Under the pieces are notes generated by a model. It saw nothing but the letters and a program-made list of their open reading frames with translations. It ran no database searches and was not told the DNA's origin. This document shows, piece after piece, positions 48,476 through 58,970 of a DNA stretch of 64,000 bases. Numbering within the stretch: position 1 is the stretch's first letter; each line of letters begins with the position of its first letter. Source of the stretch: Rhabdothermincola salaria (lineage in GTDB: Bacteria > Actinomycetota > Acidimicrobiia > Acidimicrobiales > Acidimicrobilacustridaceae); contig NZ_JAJQXW010000001.1 of NCBI RefSeq assembly GCF_021246445.1, positions 1,878,168 through 1,942,167 on the forward strand. Reading direction: 5' to 3'. The translations under genes and the position numbers were made by a program.

Positions 48476-49693
48476 CTACTCCCGCGAGGCGATGAGGCTG
48501 CGCAGGCGCGGATAGACCTGGCGCTCCCAGCGGCGACCGCTGAACACCCCGTAGTGGCCGACGTTGGGCTGGAGGTGGTGCTGCTTCATGTGGGGGCTCA
48601 ACCCCGAGCACAGGTCGTGGGCGGCCATGGTCTGGCCGATCGAGCAGATGTCGTCGCGCTCGCCCTCCACCGTGAGCAACAGGGTGCGGTCGATCGCGGC
48701 CGGGTCGACCGGGCGGTCGTGGACCCGCAGCTCCCCGCGGGCCAGCTCCCACGTCTGGAAGACCCGCTCGACGGTCTCCAGGTAGAACTCGGCGGTGAGG
48801 TCCAGCACGGCGAAGTACTCGTCGTAGAAGTCGCGGGTGGTGGCCGCGGCCGACACCTCGCCGTCGGCGAGGGCGGTGTACAGCTCGAAGTGGCTCTTGA
48901 GGTGCCGGCCAGGGTTCATGGCGAGGAAGGCGGTCAGCTGGAGGAAGCCCGGGTACACCCGCCGGCCCGCCCCCGGGAAGCGCCACGGCACGGTGGCGAT
49001 CACGTTCTGCTCGAACCAGTCGATCGGCACGCTGGTGGCCAGCTCGTTCACCTTGGTGGGGTTGATCCGGGTGTCGATCGGCCCGGCCATCAAGGTGAGG
49101 GTGCGGGGCACGTTCGGGTCGCGGGCCTCGGCCATGACCGCGGTGGCGGCGAGGCCCTGCACGCAGGGTTGGCACACCGCCAGCAGGTGGGCGCCCGGGC
49201 CGAGCACGCCGAGGAAGCGCACCACGTGGTCGACGTACTCGTCGAAGCCGAACCGACCGGCGGCGAGCGGCACCTCCCGAGCGTTCACCCAGTCGGTGAT
49301 GTACACGTCGTGATCGGGCAGCAAGGTGACGACGGTGTCGCGCAGCAACGTGGCGAAGTGGCCCGACAACGGCGCCAGCACCAGCACCCGCGGCCCCGGG
49401 TCGGGCATCGGCTTGGCGAAGCGGAGCAGATGACCGAACGGCGTCGAGTCGACCACCTCCTCGACGACGTCCACCACCCCGGTGGGGGTGGGCACCGCGT
49501 CGATGGCGAACGGGCGTCGCACGTGGGTGAGCTCGGTGTCGGCGAAGACCTCCTGGGCGGCCCACATCGAGCGCACCGCCGGCTGATCGCCGAGCCCGAA
49601 CGGCAGGGCCTTCAGGCCCCGGGCCGACATGCGGGCCGCCACCCGCATCGGCGCGAGGGCATCGGCGTGGGCCTGGTAGAGCTCGTAGAGCAT
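48476..49693 (-). CDS. phaZ: intracellular polyhydroxyalkanoate depolymerase
   Basis: MLYELYQ, APLSGHFATLLR, YITDW, AVCQP, GPIDTR, RRVYPGFLQL..F, VEGERDDI, GHYGVFSG. Confidence 0.92.
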   Translation of the reverse strand: MLYELYQAHADALAPMRVAARMSARGLKALPFGLGDQPAVRSMWAAQEVFADTELTHVRRPFAIDAVPTPTGVVDVVEEVVDSTPFGHLLRFAKPMPDPGPRVLVLAPLSGHFATLLRDTVVTLLPDHDVYITDWVNAREVPLAAGRFGFDEYVDHVVRFLGVLGPGAHLLAVCQPCVQGLAATAVMAEARDPNVPRTLTLMAGPIDTRINPTKVNELATSVPIDWFEQNVIATVPWRFPGAGRRVYPGFLQLTAFLAMNPGRHLKSHFELYTALADGEVSAAATTRDFYDEYFAVLDLTAEFYLETVERVFQTWELARGELRVHDRPVDPAAIDRTLLLTVEGERDDICSIGQTMAAHDLCSGLSPHMKQHHLQPNVGHYGVFSGRRWERQVYPRLRSLIASRE

Positions 49694-49867
49694 CGTCACC
49701 TGCACGAATCGAGCGACAAGGGACGCCACCGACGCCGGTGGCGCTGGCAGCCTGCCGCGCCACGAGCGCGATGTCACGACCTCGGGGCACTCGTCGACGA
49801 GATGGCGCCAGATCGCAACAGTGCGTTCATCGAAGGCCTCCATCTCCCGTCACATTGACCGTCGACC

Positions 49868-50533
49868 ATGGATCTCGTGCCCGAGGCGACGCTCACCATC
49901 AACAGCCGCAACTACGGCTCGTGGTCCCTGCGCGGGTGGCTGATGTGCCGCTTCGCAGGGCTCGACGTCCACGTCGAGGTCGTCGACAGCAACGACCCGT
50001 CCGCCCGCGACGAGCTCTTGCTCATGTCGCCGTCCTTCCTCGTGCCCCGCCTCGACATCGACGGCCTGGCCATCTGGGACACCCTCGCCATCGGCGAGCA
50101 CCTCGCCGAACGCCTCCCCGACGCCGGCCTCCTGCCCATCGACCAGCCCGCCCGGGCGCTGTGCCGGTCGGTGAGCGGCGAGATGCACTCGGGGTTCGCC
50201 AGCCTGCGCTCGGCGATGCCCATGAACCTGAAGGCCCGCCACCACGACTTCAAGGTCTTCACCGGTGCCCGGGCCGACATCGATCGCATCGAGGAGATCT
50301 GGGCCCGTTGCCTCGACCTCTCCGGGGGTCCGTTCCTGTTCGGCGACCGACCCGGCCTCGCCGACGCCATGTACGCCCCCGTGTGCACCCGCCTGGTCAC
50401 CTACGGCGTGGAGATCACGCCCACCAGCACCCGCTACGTGGACCGCGTCCTCGCCCTCGACGACATGCGGCACTGGGCGGCCGAGGCGGCCCGAGAGCCC
50501 GACGAGATCGTGGAGCTCGACGCCGAGTTCTGA
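49868..50533 (+). CDS. glutathione S-transferase family protein
   Basis: SRNYGSWSLRGW, VPRL...IWDTLAI.E.L, EMHSGF..LR, ADAMYAPV..R. Confidence 0.88.
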   Translation: MDLVPEATLTINSRNYGSWSLRGWLMCRFAGLDVHVEVVDSNDPSARDELLLMSPSFLVPRLDIDGLAIWDTLAIGEHLAERLPDAGLLPIDQPARALCRSVSGEMHSGFASLRSAMPMNLKARHHDFKVFTGARADIDRIEEIWARCLDLSGGPFLFGDRPGLADAMYAPVCTRLVTYGVEITPTSTRYVDRVLALDDMRHWAAEAAREPDEIVELDAEF

Positions 50534-50592
50534 CCCGTGGTGGCGACCCGCCCCCACGACACCCCCCCCCACCCCACCGAGGAGACGCGTCG

Positions 50593-52353
50593 ATGGCCCT
50601 TCGCCACGAGATCGACGATCACGACCTCGGCCTGCTGGCCGAGGCCCCCCGCCCGCCCCTGCGGTTGGTGGATGCACCGCCGGCGGACTCGGCGATGGAG
50701 GTCGAGGCCTCGGGGCTCTTCCTGCGAGCCGTGGTGGACAGCCTCGGCGCCGCCCTGCGCAGCCCCGGACTGGTGGCCGGCGCCGTGGGCGAGCTCGCCA
50801 CCGGCCTGCTCACAGCCACCACCGCGTCGCTCGGCCGGGCCGTGGGCCGCGAGGTCGACGGGCCCGTCGCCCCGGCCCGCGACGCGCGCTTCGCCGACCC
50901 GACCTGGGAGGACAACGCCGCCTACTGGTGGCTGCGCCAGGTGCACCACCTCAACGAGCGCTTCGTCGGCCAGGTGATCGACGCCGCCCCCATCGACGAC
51001 CGCACCCGGGCCAAGGCGCGCTTCGCGGCCGGCCTCACCTGCGACGCCCTCGCTCCCACCAACACCCTCGCCGGCAACCCGGCGGCGCTCACCCGGGCCT
51101 TCCAGACCGGAGGCCTGAGCCTGCTGCGCGGGGCTCGCAACCTGGCCGACGACGTGGCCCACAACGGCGGGTGGCCCACCCAGGTCGACGGCTCGACCCT
51201 CGAGGTGGGTCGGGACCTGGCCGGCACCGGCGGCCAGGTGGTGCACCGCAGCCACTTCATCGAGGTCATCCAGTACCGGCCCCGCACCGAGGCCGTCCAC
51301 GAGGTGCCGCTGTTGTTCTGCCCGCCGTGGATCAACAAGTACTACATCCTCGATCTCGCCCCCGGCCGGTCGCTGGTGGAGTGGGCGCTGGAGCACGGCC
51401 ACCAGTGCTTCGTGATCAGCTACCGCAACCCCGACGCCACCCTGCGCGACGCCACCTTCGACGACTACCTGCGCGAAGGGCCCCGGCGGGCGATCGAGGT
51501 GGTCAAGGAGATCACCGGGAGCGACGTGGTGAACACCATGTCGGTGTGCCTCGGCGGCACCCTGAGCGCCATGAGCATGGCGCTCGACGCCGCCCGCGAC
51601 GACCGTTCGGTGAACTCGGCCTCCTTCATCAACACCCACACCGACTTCACCCGGGCAGGCGTGCTGGGCACGTTCACCGACGACGCCACCGTGCGGCTCC
51701 TCGAGCGGCACCTGCGCCAGGTCGGCACGCTGGACCAGCGCCACATCGCCCACACCTTCTCGTTGCTGCGGGCCAACGACCTCGTGTTCGGCTACGTCGC
51801 CAAGAACTGGCTGATGGGCGACACCCCGCCGGCGTTCGACCTGCTGGCCTGGAACGCCGACGGCACTGACATGCCCGGACGGCTCCACGCCGACTTCCTG
51901 CGCTGGTGCTACGTCGAGAACCGCCTGGCCCGAGGTGCGTTCGAGGTCGAGGGCACCCGGCTCGACCTCGGGCGGATCTCCCAGCCCACCTACGTCGTGT
52001 CCGCCGTCGACGACCACATCGTGCCCTGGAACTCCGCCTACCAGACCACCCAGCTCTTCGGCGGCGAGGACAAGCGCTTCGTGCTCTCCACCTCGGGCCA
52101 CATCGCCGCCATCGTGAACCCACCCGGGCCCAAGGCCAAGCACTGGGTCAACCCCGCGCTCCCCGCCGACGCGGAGGACTGGCTCGCCGACGCCGAGCTG
52201 CGGACCGGCACGTGGTGGGACGACTGGGCGGGATGGATCGGCGACCGCGCCGGGCCCATGGTCGAGCCCCCGACCCACCTCGGCAGCGACCGCCACCCGC
52301 CCATCGGCGACGCCCCCGGCGTCTACGTCCACGGCCTCACCGCCGACGTCTGA
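50593..52353 (+). CDS. phaC: polyhydroxyalkanoate synthase (class I/II type)
   Basis: DARF.DPTW, PTN...NP, PPWINKYYILDL, lipase box VCLGG, LLAWN.D, DHIVPW, SGHIA..VNPP. Confidence 0.93.
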   Translation: MALRHEIDDHDLGLLAEAPRPPLRLVDAPPADSAMEVEASGLFLRAVVDSLGAALRSPGLVAGAVGELATGLLTATTASLGRAVGREVDGPVAPARDARFADPTWEDNAAYWWLRQVHHLNERFVGQVIDAAPIDDRTRAKARFAAGLTCDALAPTNTLAGNPAALTRAFQTGGLSLLRGARNLADDVAHNGGWPTQVDGSTLEVGRDLAGTGGQVVHRSHFIEVIQYRPRTEAVHEVPLLFCPPWINKYYILDLAPGRSLVEWALEHGHQCFVISYRNPDATLRDATFDDYLREGPRRAIEVVKEITGSDVVNTMSVCLGGTLSAMSMALDAARDDRSVNSASFINTHTDFTRAGVLGTFTDDATVRLLERHLRQVGTLDQRHIAHTFSLLRANDLVFGYVAKNWLMGDTPPAFDLLAWNADGTDMPGRLHADFLRWCYVENRLARGAFEVEGTRLDLGRISQPTYVVSAVDDHIVPWNSAYQTTQLFGGEDKRFVLSTSGHIAAIVNPPGPKAKHWVNPALPADAEDWLADAELRTGTWWDDWAGWIGDRAGPMVEPPTHLGSDRHPPIGDAPGVYVHGLTADV

Positions 52354-52438
52354 CCGATCCGCACCCGACGGCCGCACCCCGCCGCCGACCCGCCCGCACC
52401 TCTGATCGCCGCTCGTCTCACCCACCAAGGAGCCTCAC

Positions 52439-52717
52439 ATGACCTCCACCCTGATGGACCTCAGCATCGCCGCCCAGGAGAACACGCTCAGCGCCATGGA
52501 GACCTCCAAGGCCTACATGCTCGAGTCGTTCAAGGCCATGACCGCCACCACCCGGCGGGTCATGCCGACGATGCCCTCGATGCCCGAGCTCACGCCCATG
52601 ATCGACCCGCGTGAAGCGGTGTCGATGAGCTACGACTTCGCCGAGAAGCTGATGGCCTCGCAGCGGTCCTTCGTCGAGGAGATGATGGCCAGCCTCTCGC
52701 CTCCCGAGGAGATCTGA
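52439..52717 (+). CDS. small amphipathic helical protein, putative phasin
   Basis: 92 aa, AAGGAG RBS, follows phaC, Met/Ala-rich helices (YDFAEKLMASQRSF). Confidence 0.55.
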   Translation: MTSTLMDLSIAAQENTLSAMETSKAYMLESFKAMTATTRRVMPTMPSMPELTPMIDPREAVSMSYDFAEKLMASQRSFVEEMMASLSPPEEI

Positions 52718-52898
52718 CCTGCCCGGTCATCACGACACCGACGGTCGTCGCCCCGCTGAGATCGGTGCCCCGGATCGGGGAGGTGCCGACCGGCGGGGAC
52801 CGAGACGGGCTCCGGGCCCGCGCGGGCCACGGACCGGCCGGCGATGAGTTCCGCTGTCGACGCCTCGCCGTCCGACGGACGGACGGTCGTGACCCGGC

Positions 52899-54533
52899 TC
52901 AGGTGGGCGGGACGGCCCGGAGGTGGGCCGCGAGGCGCAGGGCCAGCGCCACGATGGTGAAGGTGGGGTTGGCGGCCCCGCCGGTGGGGAACACCGAGCT
53001 GCCGGCCACGTAGAGGTTGGCGACGCCGTGCACCCTCCCGTCGGCGTCCACCACCCCGCGGCGCGGGTCGGTGTGCATGCGCGTCGTGCCCATGTGGTGG
53101 CGTGCACCTCGCAACCGCTCGGGCCAGTGATCGTCGACGCCGCCCAGCCGGCTGGTGAACGACACGCCTGACGCGGCCAGCCCCGCCCGGTAGAGCTCGT
53201 GGGCCCGCACCGCACTGGACCGGTCGAGCGGCGACAGCGTCCAGCGCAGCTCCACCCGCCGGCAGCCCAGCCGGTCGCGTTCGCCGGTCAGCACCACCCG
53301 GCTGTGCGGATTCGGGGCCTGCTCCATGACCTGCTTCACCCCGAGAGTCTCCCGGAGGGGCGCTCGCAGCCGATCGCGGCCGGCCCGGGCGACCTCGATC
53401 GCCCGGGCGCCGGTGCGCCCACCCACCCGCTCGAACGCCCGGTCCGCCACGTGTCGCGCCCGCCGGGCCACGCCCACCGCCCGGCCTTCCCCGGGGACCG
53501 ATCGCGGGCCCAGCCCGGACGCCGGATCCACCGGGCCCGGCCGACCCGGCTGGCCCTGGTCCCGGGGAGCGGCCTTGGCGGCGGTCAGGGGGGTGACGAC
53601 GGCGCACACGTTGGTGAGGCCCTCCCGGGCACGCACGTCGGGCGCCAGGGCCAGCACGGCCCGCAGCCGATCCGAACCCACGGCGTGGCTCTCGACGTAG
53701 AAGGAACCGAGCGCCCCACGCCGCGCCCGGATGCGGGCCGCGTCGTCGAGGTAGAGGTGCTCCATGAAGTAGCGCCCGACGAGGTCGTGACGGTTCCCGA
53801 GCCCGGCGCGCTCGACGCGGTCCGAGCTCAGCAGCAGCCTGGGGTTCTCGATGCCCCCGGCGGCCAGCACCACCACCCGGGCCGCCACCCGATACGTCGT
53901 GTGGGCCCCGCTGCGCACCACCACCGCGTCCACCCGATCGGCGGTCGGGGTGGTGTCGAGCTCCACCGCCGTGGCCCCGAGGTGCACCTCGAGGTGGCGG
54001 GCGGCCTCCAGTTCGGCCCGGCGGCGACGACCGACGTGGGTCGGGGTGCTGTAGTGGAAGGCGGCGGTGTGGAGCCGGTCGTCGGCCAGGGGCAGGGCCG
54101 GGATGCCGAGCGCCGACCAGTCCATGGCGTCGAACGGCAGCGGGCCCAGCTCGAGCTCCGGTCGGGCCCGCTCGTAGAACGGCGCCAGCTCCTCGAAGCC
54201 GAACGGCCATCCGCTGTCGGGCACCCAGCCGTGGGCCACGAAGTCGGCGGGGTCGAGCGGACGGCACTCCCCCGCCCACAGCTCGGTCGTGCCCCCCAGC
54301 ACCCGGCTGCGGGTGGACTCCAGGGGGAGGTAGGCCTGGCCCGTCGATGGGCCCGCCGAGAGGTCATCGGTGTCGGGATCGGCGACGAGGCCACCGCTCT
54401 CGAGCAGCACCACCCGCCGACGGGGTCCGGCCAGCTCGCGAGCCAGGGTGATCCCGGCCGGCCCGCCGCCGACGATGCACACGTCGGCGTCGATCCGGGT
54501 GCCGTCGGGCACCTGGGAGGCGTCGAGGAGCAC
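52899..54533 (-). CDS. GMC-family FAD oxidoreductase
   Basis: DVCIVGGGPAG, LGGT...W.G.C, AAGGIENPRLLL, VGRYFMEH, HHMGTTRM, ANPTFTI.ALA. GTG start inferred. Confidence 0.9.
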   Translation of the reverse strand: MLLDASQVPDGTRIDADVCIVGGGPAGITLARELAGPRRRVVLLESGGLVADPDTDDLSAGPSTGQAYLPLESTRSRVLGGTTELWAGECRPLDPADFVAHGWVPDSGWPFGFEELAPFYERARPELELGPLPFDAMDWSALGIPALPLADDRLHTAAFHYSTPTHVGRRRRAELEAARHLEVHLGATAVELDTTPTADRVDAVVVRSGAHTTYRVAARVVVLAAGGIENPRLLLSSDRVERAGLGNRHDLVGRYFMEHLYLDDAARIRARRGALGSFYVESHAVGSDRLRAVLALAPDVRAREGLTNVCAVVTPLTAAKAAPRDQGQPGRPGPVDPASGLGPRSVPGEGRAVGVARRARHVADRAFERVGGRTGARAIEVARAGRDRLRAPLRETLGVKQVMEQAPNPHSRVVLTGERDRLGCRRVELRWTLSPLDRSSAVRAHELYRAGLAASGVSFTSRLGGVDDHWPERLRGARHHMGTTRMHTDPRRGVVDADGRVHGVANLYVAGSSVFPTGGAANPTFTIVALALRLAAHLRAVPPT

Positions 54534-54552
54534 GAAGGGCGGGGCCGGGGTG

Positions 54553-55410
54553 TCAGACGCGCACGACGCAGCGGCCCATCTCGCGGCGGTGCGGCATGTA
54601 GTCGGCCACGGCGAAGTGCTGGGTGCAGCGCTCGTCCCAGATGACCACGTCGCCCAACGACCACTGGTGGCGGTAGTGGAAGTTCGGGTTGGTGACGTGG
54701 GCGAAGAGCATCTCGAGCAGCGCCGTGCTCTCGGCGTCGGTGAGACCCACGATCGACTCGGTGAAGCCCCGGTTGACGTTGAGGAACCGTCGACCGGTGC
54801 CGGGGTGGACGCCCACGACCGGGTGTTCGGCGCCGGGGAACTGCTCGCGCACCTTGGCCACGATCTCGGGTCCCATCTTCGACACGAACGCCTTCCCGGC
54901 GCCCATGGTGTGTCGGGCCGTGAGCGGTTCGAGCAGGCCCTGCATGGTGGGTGAGAGCGCCTCGAAGGCAGCGTAGGTGTTGACGAAGATGGTGTCGCCA
55001 CCCCTCGGCGGCAGGTCGACGGCTCGCAGCGTGCCGTAGGTGGGGGGCGCCTCGTCCCAGCTGACGTCGGTGTGCCACTCGTCCTGGTAGGGCGGGTGGT
55101 CGACGTCGTCGACGATGTGCTCGCAGCGGGCCTCGGTGGACGATCCCCGGGCGAGGGGGTGGATGTAGGGGCCCCCGAAGCGCAGGGCGAGGGCCAGCTG
55201 CTGGTCGTCGTCGATGGCCTGGCCGGGGATGTGCACCACGAGGTGCTCGTCGAGCATGCCCACGAGCCGGTCCCGGGTGGCGTCGTCGATGCCGGCGGCC
55301 AGGTCGAGGCCTTCGACGGTGGCCCCCAGGTGTCCCGCGGTGGGCGTGACAGCCAGTGCTCGGCCGCCGCCGTCGACGGCGGCCTCGCCCTCCGAGACGG
55401 TGCTGGTCAT
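54553..55410 (-). CDS. TauD/TfdA-family Fe(II)/2-oxoglutarate dioxygenase
   Basis: WHTDV, GGDT.F, HPVV..HP.TGR, WDERCTQH, R..GR. Confidence 0.9.
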   Translation of the reverse strand: MTSTVSEGEAAVDGGGRALAVTPTAGHLGATVEGLDLAAGIDDATRDRLVGMLDEHLVVHIPGQAIDDDQQLALALRFGGPYIHPLARGSSTEARCEHIVDDVDHPPYQDEWHTDVSWDEAPPTYGTLRAVDLPPRGGDTIFVNTYAAFEALSPTMQGLLEPLTARHTMGAGKAFVSKMGPEIVAKVREQFPGAEHPVVGVHPGTGRRFLNVNRGFTESIVGLTDAESTALLEMLFAHVTNPNFHYRHQWSLGDVVIWDERCTQHFAVADYMPHRREMGRCVVRV

Positions 55411-55503
55411 GACGATCCTCCCCCGGGCCCGGTGTCCGGCCGACCCGTCCCCAGACCGTACCGGCCCCGCCCTCCCGAGCGCCCGGCCCCGACGATCGCC
55501 AGG

Positions 55504-55568
55504 CCCCACGCTTCTTGCATGGAAACGGCGCACCCCACGACGCCCTTCCCATGCAAGAACGCCTGGGG
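55504..55568. repeat. intergenic long inverted repeat (REP-like hairpin)
   Basis: TTCTTGCATGG (55512) pairs with CCATGCAAGAA (to 55559), with imperfect outer and inner stems. Confidence 0.7.
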
Positions 55569-55612
55569 TGAGGGGTTGGTGCCGGAACGCGCTCCAGACA
55601 TGGCCGCCTCCG

Positions 55613-57703
55613 TCAGGGGGCGGGCGAGGCGGCCGAGGAGGGGACGACGCGCACGGCGCCCTTCGACGCCGAGGTGGTGAAGGCGGCGTAGGCCCGCAGC
55701 GCGGTCGACACCCGTCGCGCCCGGGGCGCGGCCGGTGCCCACCCACCCGGGTGGGCGGCGTCCGTGGCGGCACGTCGCTCGGCCAGCGTGGCGTCGTCGA
55801 CGTCGAGGCTGAGCGACCGACCGGGGATGTCGACGGTGATCGGGTCGCCGTCGCGCACCAGGCCGATGGCGCCGCCCTCGGCCGCCTCCGGCGACACGTG
55901 CCCCACCGACAGCCCCGACGAGCCACCCGAGAAGCGCCCATCGGTGACGAGAGCACAGCGTCCGGCGAGGCCCATGCTCTTCAGGTAGGTCGTCGGGTAC
56001 AGCATCTCCTGCATCCCGGGCCCGCCCCGAGGCCCCTCGTAGCGGATCACCACCACCTCCCCGGGCTGCACCTCACCGCCGAGGATGCCGTCGACGGCGG
56101 CGTCCTGGCTCTCGAACACCCGGGCCGGGCCGGTGAAGGTGAGCTGGTGGTCGGGCACCGCCGCCGCCTTCACGATGGCGCCGTCGACGGCCAGGTTGCC
56201 GAACAGCACGGCCAACCCGCCATCCGGACGGTAGGCGTGGGCCACGTCGCGGATGCACCCGGCTTCGCGGTCGAGGTCCAGGCTCGGCCACCGAGTGTCC
56301 TGACTGAACGCCTCGGTGGTGCGGATCCCCGCCGGCCCGGCCCGGTAGAAGCGCTCCACGTCCAACTGGTTCCCGGCGCCCGACTGCTGACCCACGCCAG
56401 CCCGACCGACGCCACCGCGGCCAGGTTCGCCACCGCCCGCCTCCTCACCCACGCCACCCGGAACGAGTTCAGTGCTGTCGACGTCCGTGCTGTCGACGTC
56501 AGTGCTGTCGACCTCACCGGCATGGGCACCGACCACGGCGTCCAGCCCGTCGGCGTCCAGCCCGTCCGCGCCCTTCCCGCGCACGTCCCAGCGGGCCAGG
56601 GCGTCGGCGAGGGTGGGGCTGTGCACCGTGGGCACCGACGCGTCGACGAGGCCGGCCCGGTCGAGCTCACCGAGGATGCCGAGCACCCCACCGGCGCGGT
56701 GCACGTCCTCCACGTGGTAGCGCTCGCTGGCGGGCGCCACCTTGCACAGCTGGGGCACCCGGCGGCTGAGGGCATCGATGTCGTCGAGCCCGAAGTCGAC
56801 GTCGCCCTCGGCCGCCGCCGCCAAGAGGTGCAGCACGGTGTTGGTGGAGCCGCCCATGGCGATGTCGAGGGCCATGGCGTTGGCGAAGGCGGTGCGGTCC
56901 GCGATGCGGCGAGGCCGCACGGCGTCGTCGCCCTCGTCGTAGAACCGACGGGTCAGCTCCACGATGGTCCGCCCCGCCTGGCGGAACAGCGCCTCGCGGT
57001 CGGCGTGGGTGGCCAACAGGGTGCCGTTGCCGGGCAGCGACAGCCCGAGGGCTTCGGTGAGGCAGTTCATGGAGTTGGCCGTGAACATGCCCGAGCACGA
57101 TCCGCAGGTGGGGCACGCCGAGCGCTCCACCGCCTCGACCTCGTCGTCGCCGGCGTCCGGCCGTCCGGCCACCTCCATGGCCGACACGAGGTCGACCTTC
57201 ACCTCCCGGCTGCCCCCGCGATCGCTGTCGGGGTCGGCCAGCGCCACCTTCCCCGCCTCCATGGGCCCGCCGGACACGAACACGGTCGGGACGTCCAGGC
57301 GCAGAGCGGCCATGAGCATCCCCGGCGTGATCTTGTCGCAGTTGGAGATGCACACCAGGGCGTCGGCGCAGTGGGCGTTGACCATGTACTCCACCGAGTC
57401 GGCGATGAGGTCGCGACTCGGCAGGCTGTAGAGCATCCCGTCGTGGCCCATGGCGATGCCGTCGTCCACCGCGATGGTGTGGAACTCGCGGGCCACCGCG
57501 CCGGCCGCCTCGATCTCGGTGGCCACCAGCCGTCCCAGGTCGCGCAGGTGGACGTGCCCCGGCACGAACTGGGTGAAGGAGTTGGCCACGGCCACGATGG
57601 GCTTGGCGAAGTCGTCGTCGGTCATGCCGGTCGCCCGCCACAGGGCGCGGGCGCCGGCGGCGTTGCGACCGGCGGTGGTGGTGCGGGAGCGGTACTCGGG
57701 CAT
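55613..57703 (-). CDS. ilvD: dihydroxy-acid dehydratase with ~70-aa insertion
   Basis: [74 protein letters not shown]. Confidence 0.96.
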   Translation of the reverse strand: MPEYRSRTTTAGRNAAGARALWRATGMTDDDFAKPIVAVANSFTQFVPGHVHLRDLGRLVATEIEAAGAVAREFHTIAVDDGIAMGHDGMLYSLPSRDLIADSVEYMVNAHCADALVCISNCDKITPGMLMAALRLDVPTVFVSGGPMEAGKVALADPDSDRGGSREVKVDLVSAMEVAGRPDAGDDEVEAVERSACPTCGSCSGMFTANSMNCLTEALGLSLPGNGTLLATHADREALFRQAGRTIVELTRRFYDEGDDAVRPRRIADRTAFANAMALDIAMGGSTNTVLHLLAAAAEGDVDFGLDDIDALSRRVPQLCKVAPASERYHVEDVHRAGGVLGILGELDRAGLVDASVPTVHSPTLADALARWDVRGKGADGLDADGLDAVVGAHAGEVDSTDVDSTDVDSTELVPGGVGEEAGGGEPGRGGVGRAGVGQQSGAGNQLDVERFYRAGPAGIRTTEAFSQDTRWPSLDLDREAGCIRDVAHAYRPDGGLAVLFGNLAVDGAIVKAAAVPDHQLTFTGPARVFESQDAAVDGILGGEVQPGEVVVIRYEGPRGGPGMQEMLYPTTYLKSMGLAGRCALVTDGRFSGGSSGLSVGHVSPEAAEGGAIGLVRDGDPITVDIPGRSLSLDVDDATLAERRAATDAAHPGGWAPAAPRARRVSTALRAYAAFTTSASKGAVRVVPSSAASPAP

Positions 57704-57906
57704 CGGGTCCTCCTCGGGGCGATGGGCCGCCGGCTCGTGGCCAGTCCACGCGCTCGGAGCGCGTGGACCCCGGTGGCGTCCTCCACGAGGGTGCGACCTC
57801 CCGGGGTGGAGAGGAAGAGCCCATCGGTGGTGGCACTGCCAGTCCCACCCTGCCCACCCCGACGGCCCACCCCGACGAGCCCCCGCCCTGCCGGCCCACC
57901 CGATCT

Positions 57907-57963
57907 CGCGTAGCTGTCGGACTCGGGCGCTACCCCCTGGCGCTCACGTCCGACAGCTACGCG
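57907..57963. repeat. intergenic 16-bp perfect inverted repeat with inner stem (REP-like hairpin)
   Basis: CGCGTAGCTGTCGGAC ... GTCCGACAGCTACGCG. Confidence 0.8.
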
Positions 57964-57969
57964 TAGTGG

Positions 57970-58830
57970 GTGGGTCTCGCGCCACTACCCTCGCCGGCCG
58001 TGCGTGGCGACGAACTCGGGGTGTTCCTGCGGTCCCGGCGAGCCCGGGTCGATCCGACAGCCGTCGGCTTCCCGAGGGGTGGACGGCGACGGACGCCCGG
58101 CTTGCGACGCGAGGAGCTGGCGTCGTTGTCGGGGGTCACCGTGTCGTGGTTGGCCAAGCTCGAGCAGGGGCGGGCCCGGTCGGTGTCGGCCGGCGTGCTC
58201 GACGCCCTGGCCCGCAGCCTCGACCTCGACCCCGCCGAGCGCGCCCACCTGTTCGCCCTCGCCGACCTGCGGGCCCCGACCGCGCCGGCGGCCCCGGCCG
58301 GATCGCCTCGGGTCACCCCGGCCCTGCGGGCCCTCCTCGACGCCCTCGAGCCCAACCCGGCGTACGTCATCGACCGGGCCTGGGACTTCGTGGCCTGGAA
58401 CCGGGCCGAAGAGGCCCTGTTCCCGACCCTGGCCCGCTACCGCGAGGCGCCGCCCAACCTCTTGGAGCTCACCTTCACCGACGACGAGCTCGCCGTGTTG
58501 ATGGCCGACCACGACACCGAGCTGGTGCGGCTGGTCTCCCAGTTCCGCCTGCACTGCACCGACTGGCCCGAGAGCCCCGAGCTCGACGCCCTCGTCGAGC
58601 GGCTCGCCGCGACGTCGCCCCGATTCGCCGCCCTGTGGGAGGCCCGGGACGTGGCCCCCTTCGAGACCACCCGCCGGGTGTTCGACCATCCCGCCGCCGG
58701 TCGGCTGGAGTTCGACCACCACCGCCTCGCCGTGCTCGACCAGCCGGGCCTCCAGCTGGTCGTCTACACCCCCGCGGCCGGCACGGAGAGCGCCGACCGC
58801 CTCGCCCGAGCCGACGCCGGCTCCCGCTGA
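57970..58830 (+). CDS. MmyB-family XRE regulator (HTH + PAS-like ligand-binding domain)
   Basis: ELGVFLRSRR...RRTPGLRREELA.LSGV...LEQGR, PAYV...WD..AWN, LQLVVY.P. Confidence 0.92.
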   Translation: MGLAPLPSPAVRGDELGVFLRSRRARVDPTAVGFPRGGRRRTPGLRREELASLSGVTVSWLAKLEQGRARSVSAGVLDALARSLDLDPAERAHLFALADLRAPTAPAAPAGSPRVTPALRALLDALEPNPAYVIDRAWDFVAWNRAEEALFPTLARYREAPPNLLELTFTDDELAVLMADHDTELVRLVSQFRLHCTDWPESPELDALVERLAATSPRFAALWEARDVAPFETTRRVFDHPAAGRLEFDHHRLAVLDQPGLQLVVYTPAAGTESADRLARADAGSR

Positions 58831-58839
58831 CCCGGAACC

Positions 58840-58970
58840 CCCGCAAGCCCGCAAACCCGCAAACCCGCAAGCCCGCAAGCCCGCAAGCCCGCAAGCCCGC
58901 AAGCCCGCAAGCCCGCAAGCCCGCAAGCCCGCAAGCCCGCAAGCCCGCAAGCCCGCAAGCCCGCAAGCCC
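58840..58970. repeat. 8-bp microsatellite (CCCGCAAG) x16
   Basis: Seen directly; two units are CCCGCAAA. Confidence 0.95.

Noticed and set aside
57704..57900. Branched-chain amino-acid attenuator/leader peptide upstream of ilvD
   Set aside because: No short Ile/Leu/Val-rich leader ORF or terminator-antiterminator pair was evident.
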